Assembly: GCF_009914755.1 (NCBI RefSeq)
Contig: NC_060946.1
Reading direction: 5' to 3' (one strand)
From: the human T2T-CHM13v2.0 reference genome, Homo sapiens
DNA: 64,000 bases
Positions 42,701 through 57,700 of the stretch are shown here, one piece after another. Under the pieces are notes generated by a model. That model saw nothing but the letters and a program-made list of their open reading frames with translations, made no database searches and was not told the DNA's origin. The stretch's first letter is position 1. Every line of letters starts with the position of its first letter. The translations under genes and the position numbers were made by a program.

Positions 42701-45700
42701 GCAACTCTTGCCTAGGCTTTGCCTACAGGGGACACTGTGACATATCTCTTCAATGATCAGTCATGTGATGCATCTCTTGCCTAGGCTTTGCCAACAGGGG
42801 ACATTGTGACATATCTCTGCACTGATCTCCCTGGTACTGTAACTTTAGTCTAGGCTCTGGCTACACGGCATTGTGACATATCACTGCACTGATCAACCAG
42901 GTGATATAACTCTTGTATAGGCTCTGCCTACAGGGGGCTTGTGACCTACCTCTGCAATGATCACCCAGGTGATATAACTCTTCTCTAGGATCTGCCTACA
43001 GGGTGCTTTGTGACATATCCCTGCACTGATCACCCAGGTGACCTAACTCTGGTCTAAGCTCTGCCTAAAGGGGCATTGTGACAGATCTCTGCACTGATCA
43101 CTCAGGTGATGTAACTATTGTCTAGGCTCTGCTTAAAGGGGCCTTGTCACATATCCCTGCACTGATCACCCAGGTGATGTAACTCTTGTCTAGGCTCTGC
43201 TTCCAGGGCATATTGTGACATAACTATGCACTGATCACCTTAGTGATGTAACACTTGTGTAGGCTCGGCCTACAGAGGAATCTTGACATATCTCTGCACT
43301 GTTAAACGAGGTGATTTAACTCTTGTCTAGGCTGTGCCCACAGGGGGATTGAGACATATCTCTGCACTGATCCCGAGGTGATCCAACTCTTGCCTGGTCT
43401 CTGCCTACTGGGGACATTGTGACATATCTCTGCACTGATCTCCCAGGTGCTGTAAATTTTGTCTAGGCTCTGGCTACACGGCATTGTGACTTATCACTGC
43501 ACTGATCACCCAGGCGATACAACTCTTGTCTAGGCTCTGCCTACAATGGTCTTGTGACATATCTCTGCACTGATCACCCAGGTGATATAACTCTTCTCTA
43601 GGATCTGACCACGGGGTGCTTTGTGACATATCCCTGCAATGATCACCCAGGTGATATACCACTTGCCAAGGCTCTGCTTACAGGGGCATTGCAATGTATC
43701 TCTGCACTGATCACCTAGGTCTTGTAGCTATTTTCTAGGATCTGCCTACAGGGTGCTTTGTGACGGGTCCCAGCAAGGATTACCCAGGTGATGTACCTCT
43801 CATCAAGGCTCTGCCTACAGGCACATTGCGATATATCTCTGCACTGATCACCTAGGTCACGTAACTTTTGTCTAGGCTCTACCTACGATGGTATTGTGAC
43901 ATATCTCTGCACTAATCATCCAAGTGATGTAACACTTGTCTAGGATGTGCCTAAATTAACTTTTTGACATAACCCTGTACTGATCATCCAGGTGATGGGG
44001 CTTTTGTCTAGGCTCTGCCTAAGGGGGCATTGTGACATATTTCTGCATTGATCACCCAGGTGGCGAACTCTTCTCTCGGATCTGCCTATGGGGGCATTGT
44101 GAGAAATCTCTGCACTGATCACCCAGGTGATGTAACTGTTGTGTAACCTCTGCCTACAGGGGAATTGTGAGAGATCTCCCCACAGATTACCCAAGTGATG
44201 TAACCATTGTCTAGGCTTTGCGTACAGGGGTCTTTGTGACATACCTTTGCACTGATCACCCAGGTGATGTAACACATCTAAGTTCGGCCTAAAGGAGCTT
44301 TGTGACACATCTCTGCCCTGATCACTTAGGTGATGTAACACTTTTATAATCACTGCCTACAGGGAATTTTGACAAATCTCTGCACTGATCACCTAGGTGA
44401 TGTAACTCTTGTCTACCCTCTGTCCAACGGGGCATTGTGAAATATCTCAGGACTGAACACCCAGGTGATTCAACTCTTGACTAGGAACTGCCTACAGAGG
44501 TTATTGTGAAATATCTCTGCACTGATAAACTAGGTGGTGTAACCCTTGTCCAAGCTCTGCCTACAGGGGCTTTTCCACATATCCCTGAACTGATGACAAA
44601 GGTGATGTAACTCTTGCCTAGGCTTTGCCTACAGGGGCATTGGACATATATCTGCACTGATCACCCAGGTGATGCAACTCTTGCCTAGGCTTTGCCTACA
44701 GGGGACACTGTGACATATCTCTTCAATGATCACTCATGTGATGCATCTCTTGCCTAGGCTTTGCCAACAGGGTACATTGTGACATATCTCTGCACTGATC
44801 TCCCTGGTACTGTAACTTTAGTCTAGGCTCTGGCTACACGGCATTGTGACATATCACTGCACTGATCAACCAGGTGATATAACTCTTGTATAGGCTCTGC
44901 CTACAGGGGGCTTGTGACCTACCTCTGCACTGATCACCCAGGTGATATAACTCTTCTCTAGGATCTGCCTACAGGGTGCTTTGTGACATATCCCTGCACT
45001 GATCACCCAGGTGACCTAACTCTGGTCTAAGCTCTGCCTAAAGGGGCATTGTGACAGATCTCTGCACTGATCACTCAGGTGATGTAACTATTGTCTAGGC
45101 TCTGCTTAAAGGGGCCTTGTCACATATCCCTGCACTGATCACCCAGGTGATGTAACTCTTGTCTAGGCTCTGCTTCCAGGGCATATTGTGACATAACTAT
45201 GCACTGATCACCTTAGTGATGTAACACTTGTGTAGGCTCGGCCTACAGAGGAATCTTGACATATCTCTGCACTGTTAAACGAGGTGATTTAACTCTTGTC
45301 TAGGCTGTGCCCACAGGGGGATTGAGACATATCTCTGCACTGATCCCGAGGTGATCCAACTCTTGCCTGGTCTCTGCCTACTGGGGACATTGTGACATAT
45401 CTCTGCACTGATCTCCCAGGTGCTGTAAATTTTGTCTAGGCTCTGGCTACACGGCATTGTGACTTATCACTGCACTGATCACCCAGGCGATACAACTCTT
45501 GTCTAGGCTCTGCCTACAATGGTCTTGTGACATATCTCTGCACTGATCACCCAGGTGATATAACTCTTCTCTAGGATCTGACCACGGGGTGCTTTGTGAC
45601 ATATCCCTGCAATGATCACCCAGGTGATATACCACTTGCCAAGGCTCTGCTTACAGGGGCATTGCAATGTATCTCTGCACTGATCACCTAGGTCTTGTAG

Positions 45701-48700
45701 CTATTTTCTAGGATCTGCCTACAGGGTGCTTTGTGACGGGTCCCAGCAAGGATTACCCAGGTGATGTACCTCTCATCAAGGCTCTGCCTACAGGCACATT
45801 GCGATATATCTCTGCACTGATCACCTAGGTCACGTAACTTTTGTCTAGGCTCTACCTACGATGGTATTGTGACATATCTCTGCACTAATCATCCAAGTGA
45901 TGTAACACTTGTCTAGGATGTGCCTAAATTAACTTTTTGACATAACCCTGTACTGATCATCCAGGTGATGGGGCTTTTGTCTAGGCTCTGCCTAAGGGGG
46001 CATTGTGACATATTTCTGCATTGATCACCCAGGTGGCGAACTCTTCTCTCGGATCTGCCTATGGGGGCATTGTGAGAAATATCTGCACTGATCACCCAGG
46101 TGATGTAACTGTTGTGTAACCTCTGCCTACAGGGGAATTGTGAGAGATCTCGCCACTGATTACCCAAGTGATGTAACCATGGTCTAGGCTTTGCGTACAG
46201 GGGGCTTTGTGACATACCTTTGCACTGATCACCCAGGTGATGTAACACATCTAAGTTCGGCCTAAAGGAGCTTTGTGACACATCTCTGCACTGATCACTT
46301 AGGTGATGTAACACTTTTATAATCACTGCCTACAGGGAATTTTGACAAATCTCTGAACTGATCACCTAGGTGATGTAACTCTTGTCTACCCTCTGTCCAA
46401 CGGGGCATTGTGAAATATCTCAGCACTGAACACCCAGGTGATTCAACTCTTGACTAGGAACTGCCTACAGAGGTTATTGTGAAATATCTCTGCACTGATA
46501 AACTAGGTGGTGTAACCCTTGTCCAAGCTCTGCCTACAGGGGCGTTTCCACATATCCCTGAACTGATGACAAAGGTGATGTAACTCTTGCCTAGGCTTTG
46601 CCTACAGGGGCATTGGACATATATCTGCACTGATCACCCAGGTGATGCAACTCTTGCCTAGGCTTTGCCTACAGGGGACACTGTGACATATCTCTTCAAT
46701 GATCACTCATGTGATGCATCTCTTGCCTAGGCTTTGCCAACAGGGGACATTGTGACATATCTCTGCACTGATCTCCCTGGTACTGTAACTTTAGTCTAGG
46801 CTCTGGCTACACGGCATTGTGACATATCCCTGCACTGATCAACCAGGTGATATAACTCTTGTATAGGCTCTGCCTACAGGGGGATTGTGACCTACCTCTG
46901 CACTGATCACACAGGTGATATAACTCTTCTCTAGGATCTGCCTACAGGGTGCTTTGTGACATATCCCTGCACTGATCACCCAGGTGACCTAACTCTGGTC
47001 TAAGCTCTGCCTAAAGGGGCATTGTGACAGATCTCTGCACTGATCACTCAGGTGATGTAACTATTGTCTAGGCTCTGCTTAAAGGGGCCTTGTCACATAT
47101 CCCTGCACTGATCACCCAGGTGATGTAACTCTTGTCTAGGCTCTGCTTCCAGGGCATATTGTGACATAACTATGCACTGATCACCTTAGTGATGTAACAC
47201 TTGTGTAGGCTCGGCCTACAGAGGAATCTTGACATATCTCTGCACTGTTAAACGAGGTGATTTAACTCTTGTCTAGGCTGTGCCCACAGGGGGATTGAGA
47301 CATATCTCTGCACTGATCCCGAGGTGATCCAACTCTTGCCTGGTCTCTGCCTACTGGGGACATTGTGACATATCTCTGCACTGATCTCCCAGGTGCTGTA
47401 AATTTTGTCTAGGCTCTGGCTACACGGCATTGTGACTTATCACTGCACTGATCACCCAGGCGATACAACTCTTGTCTAGGCTCTGCCTACAATGGTCTTG
47501 TGACATATCTCTGCACTGATCACCCAGGTGATATAACTCTTCTCTAGGATCTGACCACGGGGTGCTTTGTGACATATCCCTGCAATGATCACCCAGGTGA
47601 TATACCACTTGCCAAGGCTCTGCTTACAGGGGCATTGCAATGTATCTCTGCACTGATCACCTAGGTCTTGTAGCTATTTTCTAGGATCTGCCTACAGGGT
47701 GCTTTGTGACGGGTCCCAGCAAGGATTACCCAGGTGATGTACCTCTCATCAAGGCTCTGCCTACAGGCACATTGCGATATATCTCTGCACTGATCACCTA
47801 GGTCACGTAACTTTTGTCTAGGCTCTACCTACGATGGTATTGTGACATATCTCTGCACTAATCATCCAAGTGATGTAACACTTGTCTAGGATGTGCCTAA
47901 ATTAACTTTTTGACATAACCCTGTACTGATCATCCAGGTGATGGGGCTTTTGTCTAGGCTCTGCCTAAGGGGGCATTGTGACATATTTCTGCATTGATCA
48001 CCCAGGTGGCGAACTCTTCTCTCGGATCTGCCTATGGGGGCATTGTGAGAAATATCTGCACTGATCACCCAGGTGATGTAACTGTTGTGTAACCTCTGCC
48101 TACAGGGGAATTGTGAGAGATCTCGCCACTGATTACCCAAGTGATGTAACCATGGTCTAGGCTTTGCGTACAGGGGGCTTTGTGACATACCTTTGCACTG
48201 ATCACCCAGGTGATGTAACACATCTAAGTTCGGCCTAAAGGAGCTTTGTGACACATCTCTGCACTGATCACTTAGGTGATGTAACACTTTTATAATCACT
48301 GCCTACAGGGAATTTTGACAAATCTCTGAACTGATCACCTAGGTGATGTAACTCTTGTCTACCCTCTGTCCAACGGGGCATTGTGAAATATCTCAGCACT
48401 GAACACCCAGGTGATTCAACTCTTGACTAGGAACTGCCTACAGAGGTTATTGTGAAATATCTCTGCACTGATAAACTAGGTGGTGTAACCCTTGTCCAAG
48501 CTCTGCCTACAGGGGCGTTTCCACATATCCCTGAACTGATGACAAAGGTGATGTAACTCTTGCCTAGGCTTTGCCTACAGGGGCATTGGACATATATCTG
48601 CACTGATCACCCAGGTGATGCAACTCTTGCCTAGGCTTTGCCTACAGGGGACACTGTGACATATCTCTTCAATGATCACTCATGTGATGCATCTCTTGCC

Positions 48701-51700
48701 TAGGCTTTGCCAACAGGGGACATTGTGACATATCTCTGCACTGATCTCCCTGGTACTGTAACTTTAGTCTAGGCTCTGGCTACACGGCATTGTGACATAT
48801 CCCTGCACTGATCAACCAGGTGATATAACTCTTGTATAGGCTCTGCCTACAGGGGGATTGTGACCTACCTCTGCACTGATCACCCAGGTGATATAACTCT
48901 TCTCTAGGATCTGCCTACAGGGTGCTTTGTGACATATCCCTGCACTGATCACCCAGGTGACCTAACTCTGGTCTAAGCTCTGCCTAAAGGGGCATTGTGA
49001 CAGATCTCTGCACTGATCACTCAGGTGATGTAACTATTGTCTAGGCTCTGCTTAAAGGGGTCTTGTCACATATCCCTGCACTGATCACCCAGGTGATGTA
49101 ACTCTTGTCTAGGCTCTGCTTCCAGGGCATATTGTGACATAACTATGCACTGATCACCTTAGTGATGTAACACTTGTGTAGGCTCGGCCTACAGAGGAAT
49201 CTTGACATATCTCTGCACTGTTAAACGAGGTGATTTAACTCTTGTCTAGGCTGTGCCCACAGGGGGATTGAGACATATCTCTGCACTGATCCCGAGGTGA
49301 TCCAACTCTTGCCTGGTCTCTGCCTACTGGGGACATTGTGACATATCTCTGCACTGATCTCCCAGGTGCTGTAAATTTTGTCTAGGCTCTGGCTACACGG
49401 CATTGTGACTTATCACTGCACTGATCACCCAGGCGATACAACTCTTGTCTAGGCTCTGCCTACAATGGTCTTGTGACATATCTCTGCACTGATCACCCAG
49501 GTGATATAACTCTTCTCTAGGATCTGACCACGGGGTGCTTTGTGACATATCCCTGCAATGATCACCCAGGTGATATACCACTTGCCAAGGCTCTGCTTAC
49601 AGGGGCATTGCAATGTATCTCTGCACTGATCACCTAGGTCTTGTAGCTATTTTCTAGGATCTGCCTACAGGGTGCTTTGTGACGGGTCCCAGCAAGGATT
49701 ACCCAGGTGATGTACCTCTCATCAAGGCTCTGCCTACAGGCACATTGCGATATATCTCTGCACTGATCACCTAGGTCACGTAACTTTTGTCTAGGCTCTA
49801 CCTACGATGGTATTGTGACATATCTCTGCACTAATCATCCAAGTGATGTAACACTTGTCTAGGATGTGCCTAAATTAACTTTTTGACATAACCCTGTACT
49901 GATCATCCAGGTGATGGGGCTTTTGTCTAGGCTCTGCCTAAGGGGGCATTGTGACATATTTCTGCATTGATCACCCAGGTGGCGAACTCTTCTCTCGGAT
50001 CTGCCTATGGGGGCATTGTGAGAAATCTCTGCACTGATCACCCAGGTGATGTAACTGTTGTGTAACCTCTGCCTACAGGGGAATTGTGAGAGATCTCGCC
50101 ACTGATTACCCAAGTGATGTAACCATTGTCTAGGCTTTGCGTACAGGGGGCTTTGTGACATACCTTTGCACTGATCACCCAGGTGATGTAACACATCTAA
50201 GTTCGGCCTAAAGGAGCTTTGTGACACATCTCTGCACTGATCACTTAGGTGATGTAACACTTTTATAATCACTGCCTACAGGGAATTTTGACAAATCTCT
50301 GCACTGATCACCTAGGTGATGTAACTCTTGTCTACCCTCTGTCCAACGGGGCATTGTGAAATATCTCAGCACTGAACACCCAGGTGATTCAACTCTTGAC
50401 TAGGAACTGCCTACAGAGGTTATTGTGAAATATCTCTGCACTGATAAACTAGGTGGTGTAACCCTTGTCCAAGCTCTGCCTACAGGGGCATTTCCACATA
50501 TCCCTGAAATGATGACAAAGGTAATGTAACTCTTGCCTAGGCTTTGCCTACAGGGGCATTGGACATATATCTGCACTGATCACCCAGGTGATGCAACTCT
50601 TGCCTAGGCTTTGCCTACAGGGGACACTGTGACATATCTCTTCAATGATCAGTCATGTGATGCATCTCTTGCCTAGGCTTTGCCAACAGGGGACATTGTG
50701 ACATATCTCTGCACTGATCTCCCTGCTACTGTAACTTTAGTCCAGGCCCTGGCTACACGGCATTGTGACATATCACTGCACTGATCAACCAGGTGATATA
50801 ACTCTTGTATAGGCTCTGCCTACAGGGGGCTTGTGACCTACCTCTGCACTGATCACCCAGGTGATATAACTCTTCTCTAGGATCTGCCTACAGGGTGCTT
50901 TGTGACATATCCCTGCACTGATCACCCAGGTGACCTAACTCTGGTCTAAGCTCTGCCTAAAGGGGCATTGTGACAGATCTCTGCACTGATCACTCAGGTG
51001 ATGTAACTATTGTCTAGGCTCTGCTTAAAGGGGCCTTGTCACATATCCCTGCACTGATCACCCAGGTGATGTAACTCTTGTCTAGGCTCTGCTTCCAGGG
51101 CATATTGTGACATAACTATGCACTGAACACCTTAGTGATGTAACACTTGTGTAGGCTCGGCCTACAGAGGAATCTTGACATATCTCTGCACTGTTAAACG
51201 AGGTGATTTAACTCTTGTCTAGGCTGTGCACACAGGGGGATTGAGACATATCTCTGCACTGATCCCGAGCTGATCCAACTCTTGCCTGGTCTCTGCCTAC
51301 TGGGGACATTGTGACATATCTCTGCACTGATCTCCCAGGTGCTGTAATTTTGTCTAGGCTCTGGCTACACGGCATTGTGACTTATCACTGCACTGATCAC
51401 CCAGGCGATACAACTCTTGTCTAGGCTCTGCCTACAATGGTCTTGTGACATATCTCTGCACTGATCACCCAGGTGATATAACTCTTCTCTAGGATCTGAC
51501 CACGGGGTGCTTTGTGACATATCCCTGCAATGATCACCCAGGTGATATACCACTTGCCAAGGCTCTGCTTACAGGGGCATTGCAATGTATCTCTGCACTG
51601 ATCACCTAGGTCTTGTAGCTATTTTCTAGGATCTGCCTACAGGGTGCTTTGTGACGGGTCCCAGCAAGGATTACCCAGGTGATGTACCTCTCATCAAGGC

Positions 51701-54700
51701 TCTGCCTACAGGCACATTGCGATATATCTCTGCACTGATCACCTAGGTCACGTAACTTTTGTCTAGGCTCTACCTACGATGGTATTGTGACATATCTCTG
51801 CACTAATCATCCAAGTGATGTAACACTTGTCTAGGATGTGCCTAAATTAACTTTTTGACATAACCCTGTACTGATCATCCAGGTGATGGGGCTTTTGTCT
51901 AGGCTCTGCCTAAGGGGGCATTGTGACATATTTCTGCATTGATCACCCAGGTGGCGAACTCTTCTCTCGGATCTGCCTATGGGGGCATTGTGAGAAATCT
52001 CTGCACTGATCACCCAGGTGATGTAACTGTTGTGTAACCTCTGCCTACAGGGGAATTGTGAGAGATCTCCCCACTGATTACCCAAGTGATGTAACCATTG
52101 TCTAGGGTTTGCGTACAGGGGGCTTTGTGACATACCTTTGCACTGATCACCCAGGTGATGTAACACATCTAAGTTCGGCCTAAAGGAGCTTTGTGACACA
52201 TCTCTGCACTGATCACTTAGGTGATGTAACACTTTTATAATCACTGCCTACAGGGAATTTTGACAAATCTCTGCACTGATCACCTAGGTGATGTAACTCT
52301 TGTCTACCCTCTGTCCAACGGGGCATTGTGAAATATCTCTGCACTGAACACCCAGGTGATTCAACTCTTGACTAGGAACTGCCTACAGAGGTTATTGTGA
52401 AATATCTCTGCACTGATAAACTAGGTGGTGTAACCCTTGTCCAAGCTCTGCCTACAGGGGCGTTTCCACATATCCCTGAACTGATGACAAAGGTGATGTA
52501 ACTCTTGCCTAGGCTTTGCCTACAGGGGCATTGGACATATATCTGCACTGATCACCCAGGTGATGCAACTCTTGCCTAGGCTTTGCCTACAGGGGACACT
52601 GTGACATATCTCTTCAATGATCAGTCATGTGATGCATCTCTTGCCTAGGCTTTGACAACAGGGGACATTGTGACATATCTCTGCACTGATCTCCCTGGTA
52701 CTGTAACTTTAGTCTAGGCTCTGGCTACACGGCATTGTGACATATCACTGCACTGATCAACCAGGTGATATAACTCTTGTATAGGCTCTGCCTACAGGGG
52801 GCTTGTGACCTACCTCTGCACTGATCACCCAGGTGATATAACTCTTCTCTAGGATCTGCCTACAGGGTGCTTTGTGACATATCCCTGCACTGATCACCCA
52901 GGTGACCTAACACTGGTCTAAGCTCTGCCTAAAGGGGCATTGTGACAGATCTCTGCACTGATCACTCAGGTGATGTAACTATTGTCTAGGCTCTGCTTAA
53001 AGGGGCCTTGTCACATATCCCTGCACTGATCACCCAGGTGATGTAACTCTTGTCTAGGCTCTGCTTCCTGGGCATATTGTGACATAACTATGCACTGATC
53101 ACCTTAGTGATGTAACACTTGTGTAGGCTCGGCCTACAGAGGAATCTTGACATATCTCTGCACTGTTAAACGAGGTGATTTAACTCTTGTCTAGGCTGTG
53201 CCCACAGGGGGATTGAGACATATCTCTGCACTGATCCCGAGGTGATCCAACTCTTGCCTGGTCTCTGCCTACTGGGGACATTGTGACATATCTCTGCACT
53301 GATCTCCCAGGTGCTGTAAATTTTGTCTAGGCTCTGGCTACACGGCATTGTGACTTATCACTGCACTGATCACCCAGGCGATACAACTCTTGTCTAGGCT
53401 CTGCCTACAATGGTCTTGTGACATATCTCTGCACTGATCACCCAGGTGATATAACTCTTCTCTAGGATCTGACCACGGGGTGCTTTGTGACATATCCCTG
53501 CAATGATCTCCCAGGTGATATACCACTTGCCAAGGCTCTGCTTACAGGGGCATTGCAATGTATCTCTGCACTGATCACCTAGGTCTTGTAGCTATTTTCT
53601 AGGATCTGCCTACAGGGTGCGTTGTGACGGTTCCCAGCAAGGATTACCCTGGTGATGTACCTCTCATCAAGGCTCTGCCTACAGGCACATTGCGATATAT
53701 CTCTGCACTGATCACCTAGGACATGTAACTTTGTCTAGGCTCTACCTACGATGGTATTGTGACATATCTCTGCACTAATCATCCAAGTGATGTAACACTT
53801 GTCTAGGATGTGCCTAAATTAACTTTTTGACATAACCCTGTATGATCATCCAGGTGATGGGGCTTTTGTCTAGGCTCTGCCTAAGGGGGCATTGTGACAT
53901 ATTTCTGCATTGATCACCCAGGTGGCGAACTCTTCTCTCGGATCTGCCTATGGGGGCATTGTGAGAAATCTCTGCACTGATCACCCAGGTGATGTAACTG
54001 TTGTGTAACCTCTGCCTACAGGGGAATTGTGAGAGATCTCGCCACTGATTACCCAAGTGATGTAACCATTGTCTAGGCTTTGCGTACAGGGGGCTTTGTG
54101 ACATACCTTTGCACTGATCACCCAGGTGATGTAACACATCTAAGTTCGGCCTAAAGGAGCTTTGTGACACATCTCTGCACTGATCACTTAGGTGATGTAA
54201 CACTTTTATAATCACTGCCTACAGGGAAATTTGACAAATCTCTGCACTGATCACCTAGGTGATGTAACTCTTGTCTACCCTCTGTCCAACGGGGCATTGT
54301 GAAATATCTCAGCACTGAACACCCAGGTGATTCAACTCTTGACTAGGAACTGCCTACAGAGGTTATTGTGAAATATCTCTGCACTGATAAACTAGGTGGT
54401 GTAACCCTTGTCCAAGCTCTGCCTACAGGGGCGTTTCCACATATCCCTGAACTGATGAAAAAGGTGATGTAACTCTTGCCTAGGCTTTGCCTACAGGGAC
54501 ATTGGACATAAATCTGCACTGATCACCCAGGTGATGCAACTCTTGCCTAGGCTTTGCCTACAGGGGACACTGTGACATATCTCTTCAATGATCACTCATG
54601 TGATGCATCTCTTGCCTAGGCTTTGCCAACAGGGGACATTGTGACATATCTCTGCACTGATCTCCCTGGTACTGTACCTTTAGTCTAGTCTCTGGCTACA

Positions 54701-57700
54701 CGGCATTGTGACATATCACTGCACTGATCAACCAGGTGATATAACTCTTGTATAGGCTCTGCCTACAGGGGGATTGTGACCTACCTCTGCACTGATCACC
54801 CAGGTGATATAACTCTTCTCTAGGATCTGCCTACAGGGTGCTTTGTGACATATCCCTGCACTGATCACCCAGGTGACCTAACTCTGGTCTAAGCTCTGCC
54901 TAAAGGGGCATTGTGACAGATCTCTGCACTGATCACTCAGGTGATGTAACTATTGTCTAGGCTCTGCTTAAAGGGGCCTTGTCACATATCCCTGCACTGA
55001 TCACCCACGTGATGTAACTCTTGTCTAGGCTCTGCTTCCAGGGCATATTGTGACATAACTATGCACTGATCACCTTAGTGATGTAACACTTGTGTACGCT
55101 CGGCCTACAGAGGAATCTTGACATATCTCTGCACTGTTAAACGAGGTGATTTAACTCTTGTCTAGGCTGTGCACACAGGGGGATTGAGACATATCTCTGC
55201 ACTGATCCCGAGGTGATCCAACTCTTGCCTGGTCTCTGCCTACTGTGGACATTGTGACATATCTCAGCACTGATCTCCCAGGTGCTGTAAATTTTGTCTA
55301 GGCTCTGGCTACACGGCATTGTGACTTATCACTGCACTGATCACCCAGGCGATACAACTCTTGTCTAGGCTCTGCCTACAATGGTCTTGTGACATATCTC
55401 TGCACTGATCACCCAGGTGATATAACTCTTCTCTAGGATCTGACCACGGGGTGCTTTGTGACATATCCCTGCAATGATCACCCAGGTGATATACCACTTG
55501 CCAAGGCTCTGCTTACAGGGGCATTGCAATGTATCTCTGCACTGATCACCTAGGTCTTGTAGCTATTTTCTAGGATCTGCCTACAGGGTGCTTTGTGACG
55601 GGTCCCAGCAAGGATTACCCAGGTGATGTACCTCTCATCAAGGCTCTGCCTACAGGCACATTGCGATATATCTCTGCACTGATCACCTAGGTCACGTAAC
55701 TTTTGTCTAGGCTCTACCTACGATGGTATTGTGACATATCTCTGCACTAATCATCCAAGTGATGTAACACTTGTCTAGGATGTGCCTAAATTAACTTTTT
55801 GACATAACCCTGTACTGATCATCCAGGTGATGGGGATTTTGTCTAGGCTCTGCCTAAGGGGGCATTGTGACATATTTCTGCATTGATCACCCAGGTGGCG
55901 AACTCTTCTCTCGGATCTGCCTACGGGGGCATTGTGAGAAATCTCTGCAGTGATCACCCAGGTGATGTAACTGTTGTGTAACCTCTGCCTACAGGGGAAT
56001 TGTGAGAGATCTCCCCACTGATTACCCAAGTGATGTAACCATTGTCTAGGCTTTGCGTACAGGGGGCTTTGTGACATACCTTTGCACTGATCAACCAGGT
56101 GATGTAACACATCTAAGTTCGGCCTAAAGGAGCTTTGTGACACATCTCTGCACTGATCACTTAGGTGATGTAACACTTTTATAATCACTGCCTACAGGGA
56201 ATTTTGACAAATCTCTGCACTGATCACCTAGGTGATGTAACTCTTGTCTACCCTCTGTCCAACGGGGCATTGTGAAATATCTCAGCACTGAACACCCAGG
56301 TGATTCAACTCTTGACTAGGAACTGCCTACAGAGGTTATTGTGAAATATCTCTGCACTGATAAACTAGGTGGTGTAACCCTTGTCCAAGCTCTGCCTACA
56401 GGGGCGTTTCCACATATCCCTGAACTGATGACAAAGGTGATGTAACTCTTGCCTAGGCTTTGCCTACAGGGGCATTGGACATATATCTGCACTGATCACC
56501 CAGGTGATGCAACTCTTGCCTAGGCTTTCCCTACAGGGGACACTGTGACATATCTCTTCAATGATCAGTCATGTGATGCATCTCTTGCCTAGGCTTTGCC
56601 AACAGGGGACATTGTGACATATCTCTGCACTGATCTCCCTGGTACTGTAACTTTAGTCTAGGCTCTGGCTACACGGTATTGTGACATATCACTGCACTGA
56701 TCAACCAGGTGATATAACTCTTGTATAGGCTCTGCCTACAGGGGGCTTGTGACCTACCTCTGCACTGATCACCCAGGTGATATAACTCTTCTCTAGGATC
56801 TGCCTACAGGGTGCTTTGTGACATATCCCTGCACTGATCACCCAGGTGACCTAACTCTGGTCTAAGCTCTGCCTAAAGGGGCATTGTGACAGATCTCTGC
56901 ACTGATCACTCAGGTGATGTAACTATTGTCTAGGCTCTGCTTAAAGGGGCCTTGTCACATATCCCTGCACTGATCACCCAGGTGATGTAACTCTTGTCTA
57001 GGCTCTCCTTCCTGGACATATTGTGACATAACTATGCACTGATCACCTTAGTGATGTAACACTTGTGTAGGCTCGGCCTACAGAGGAATCTTGACATATC
57101 TCTGCACTGTTAAACGAGGTGATTTAACTCTTGTCTAGGCTGTGCCCACAGGGGGATTGAGACATATCTCTGCACTGATCCCGAGGTGATCCAACTCTTG
57201 CCTGGTCTCTGCCTACTGGGGACATTGTGACATATCTCTGCACTGATCTCCCAGGTGCTGTAAATTTTGTCTAGGCTCTGGATACACGGCATTGTGACTT
57301 ATCACTGCACTGATCACCCAGGCGATACAACTCTTGTCTTGGCTCTGCCTACAATGGTCTTGTGACATATCTCTGCACTGATCACCCAGGTGATATAACT
57401 CTTCTCTAGGATCTGACCACGGGGTGCTTTGTGACATATCCCTGTAATGATCACCCAGGTGATATACCACTTGCCAAGGCTCTGCTTACAGGGGCATTGC
57501 AATGTATCTCTGCACTGATCACCTAGGTCTTGTAGCTATTTTCTAGGATCTGCCTACAGGGTGCTTTGTGACGGGTCCCAGCAAGGATTACCCAGGTGAT
57601 GTACCTCTCATCAAGGCTCTGCCTACAGGCACATTGCGATATATCTCTGCACTGATCACCTAGGTCACGTAACTTTTGTCTAGGCTCTACCTACGATGGT

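Noticed and set aside
51340-51355. Isolated 1-bp deletion (GTAATTTTGTC vs GTAAATTTTGTC)
   Set aside because: It is a singleton homopolymer indel that cannot be distinguished from sequencing error.
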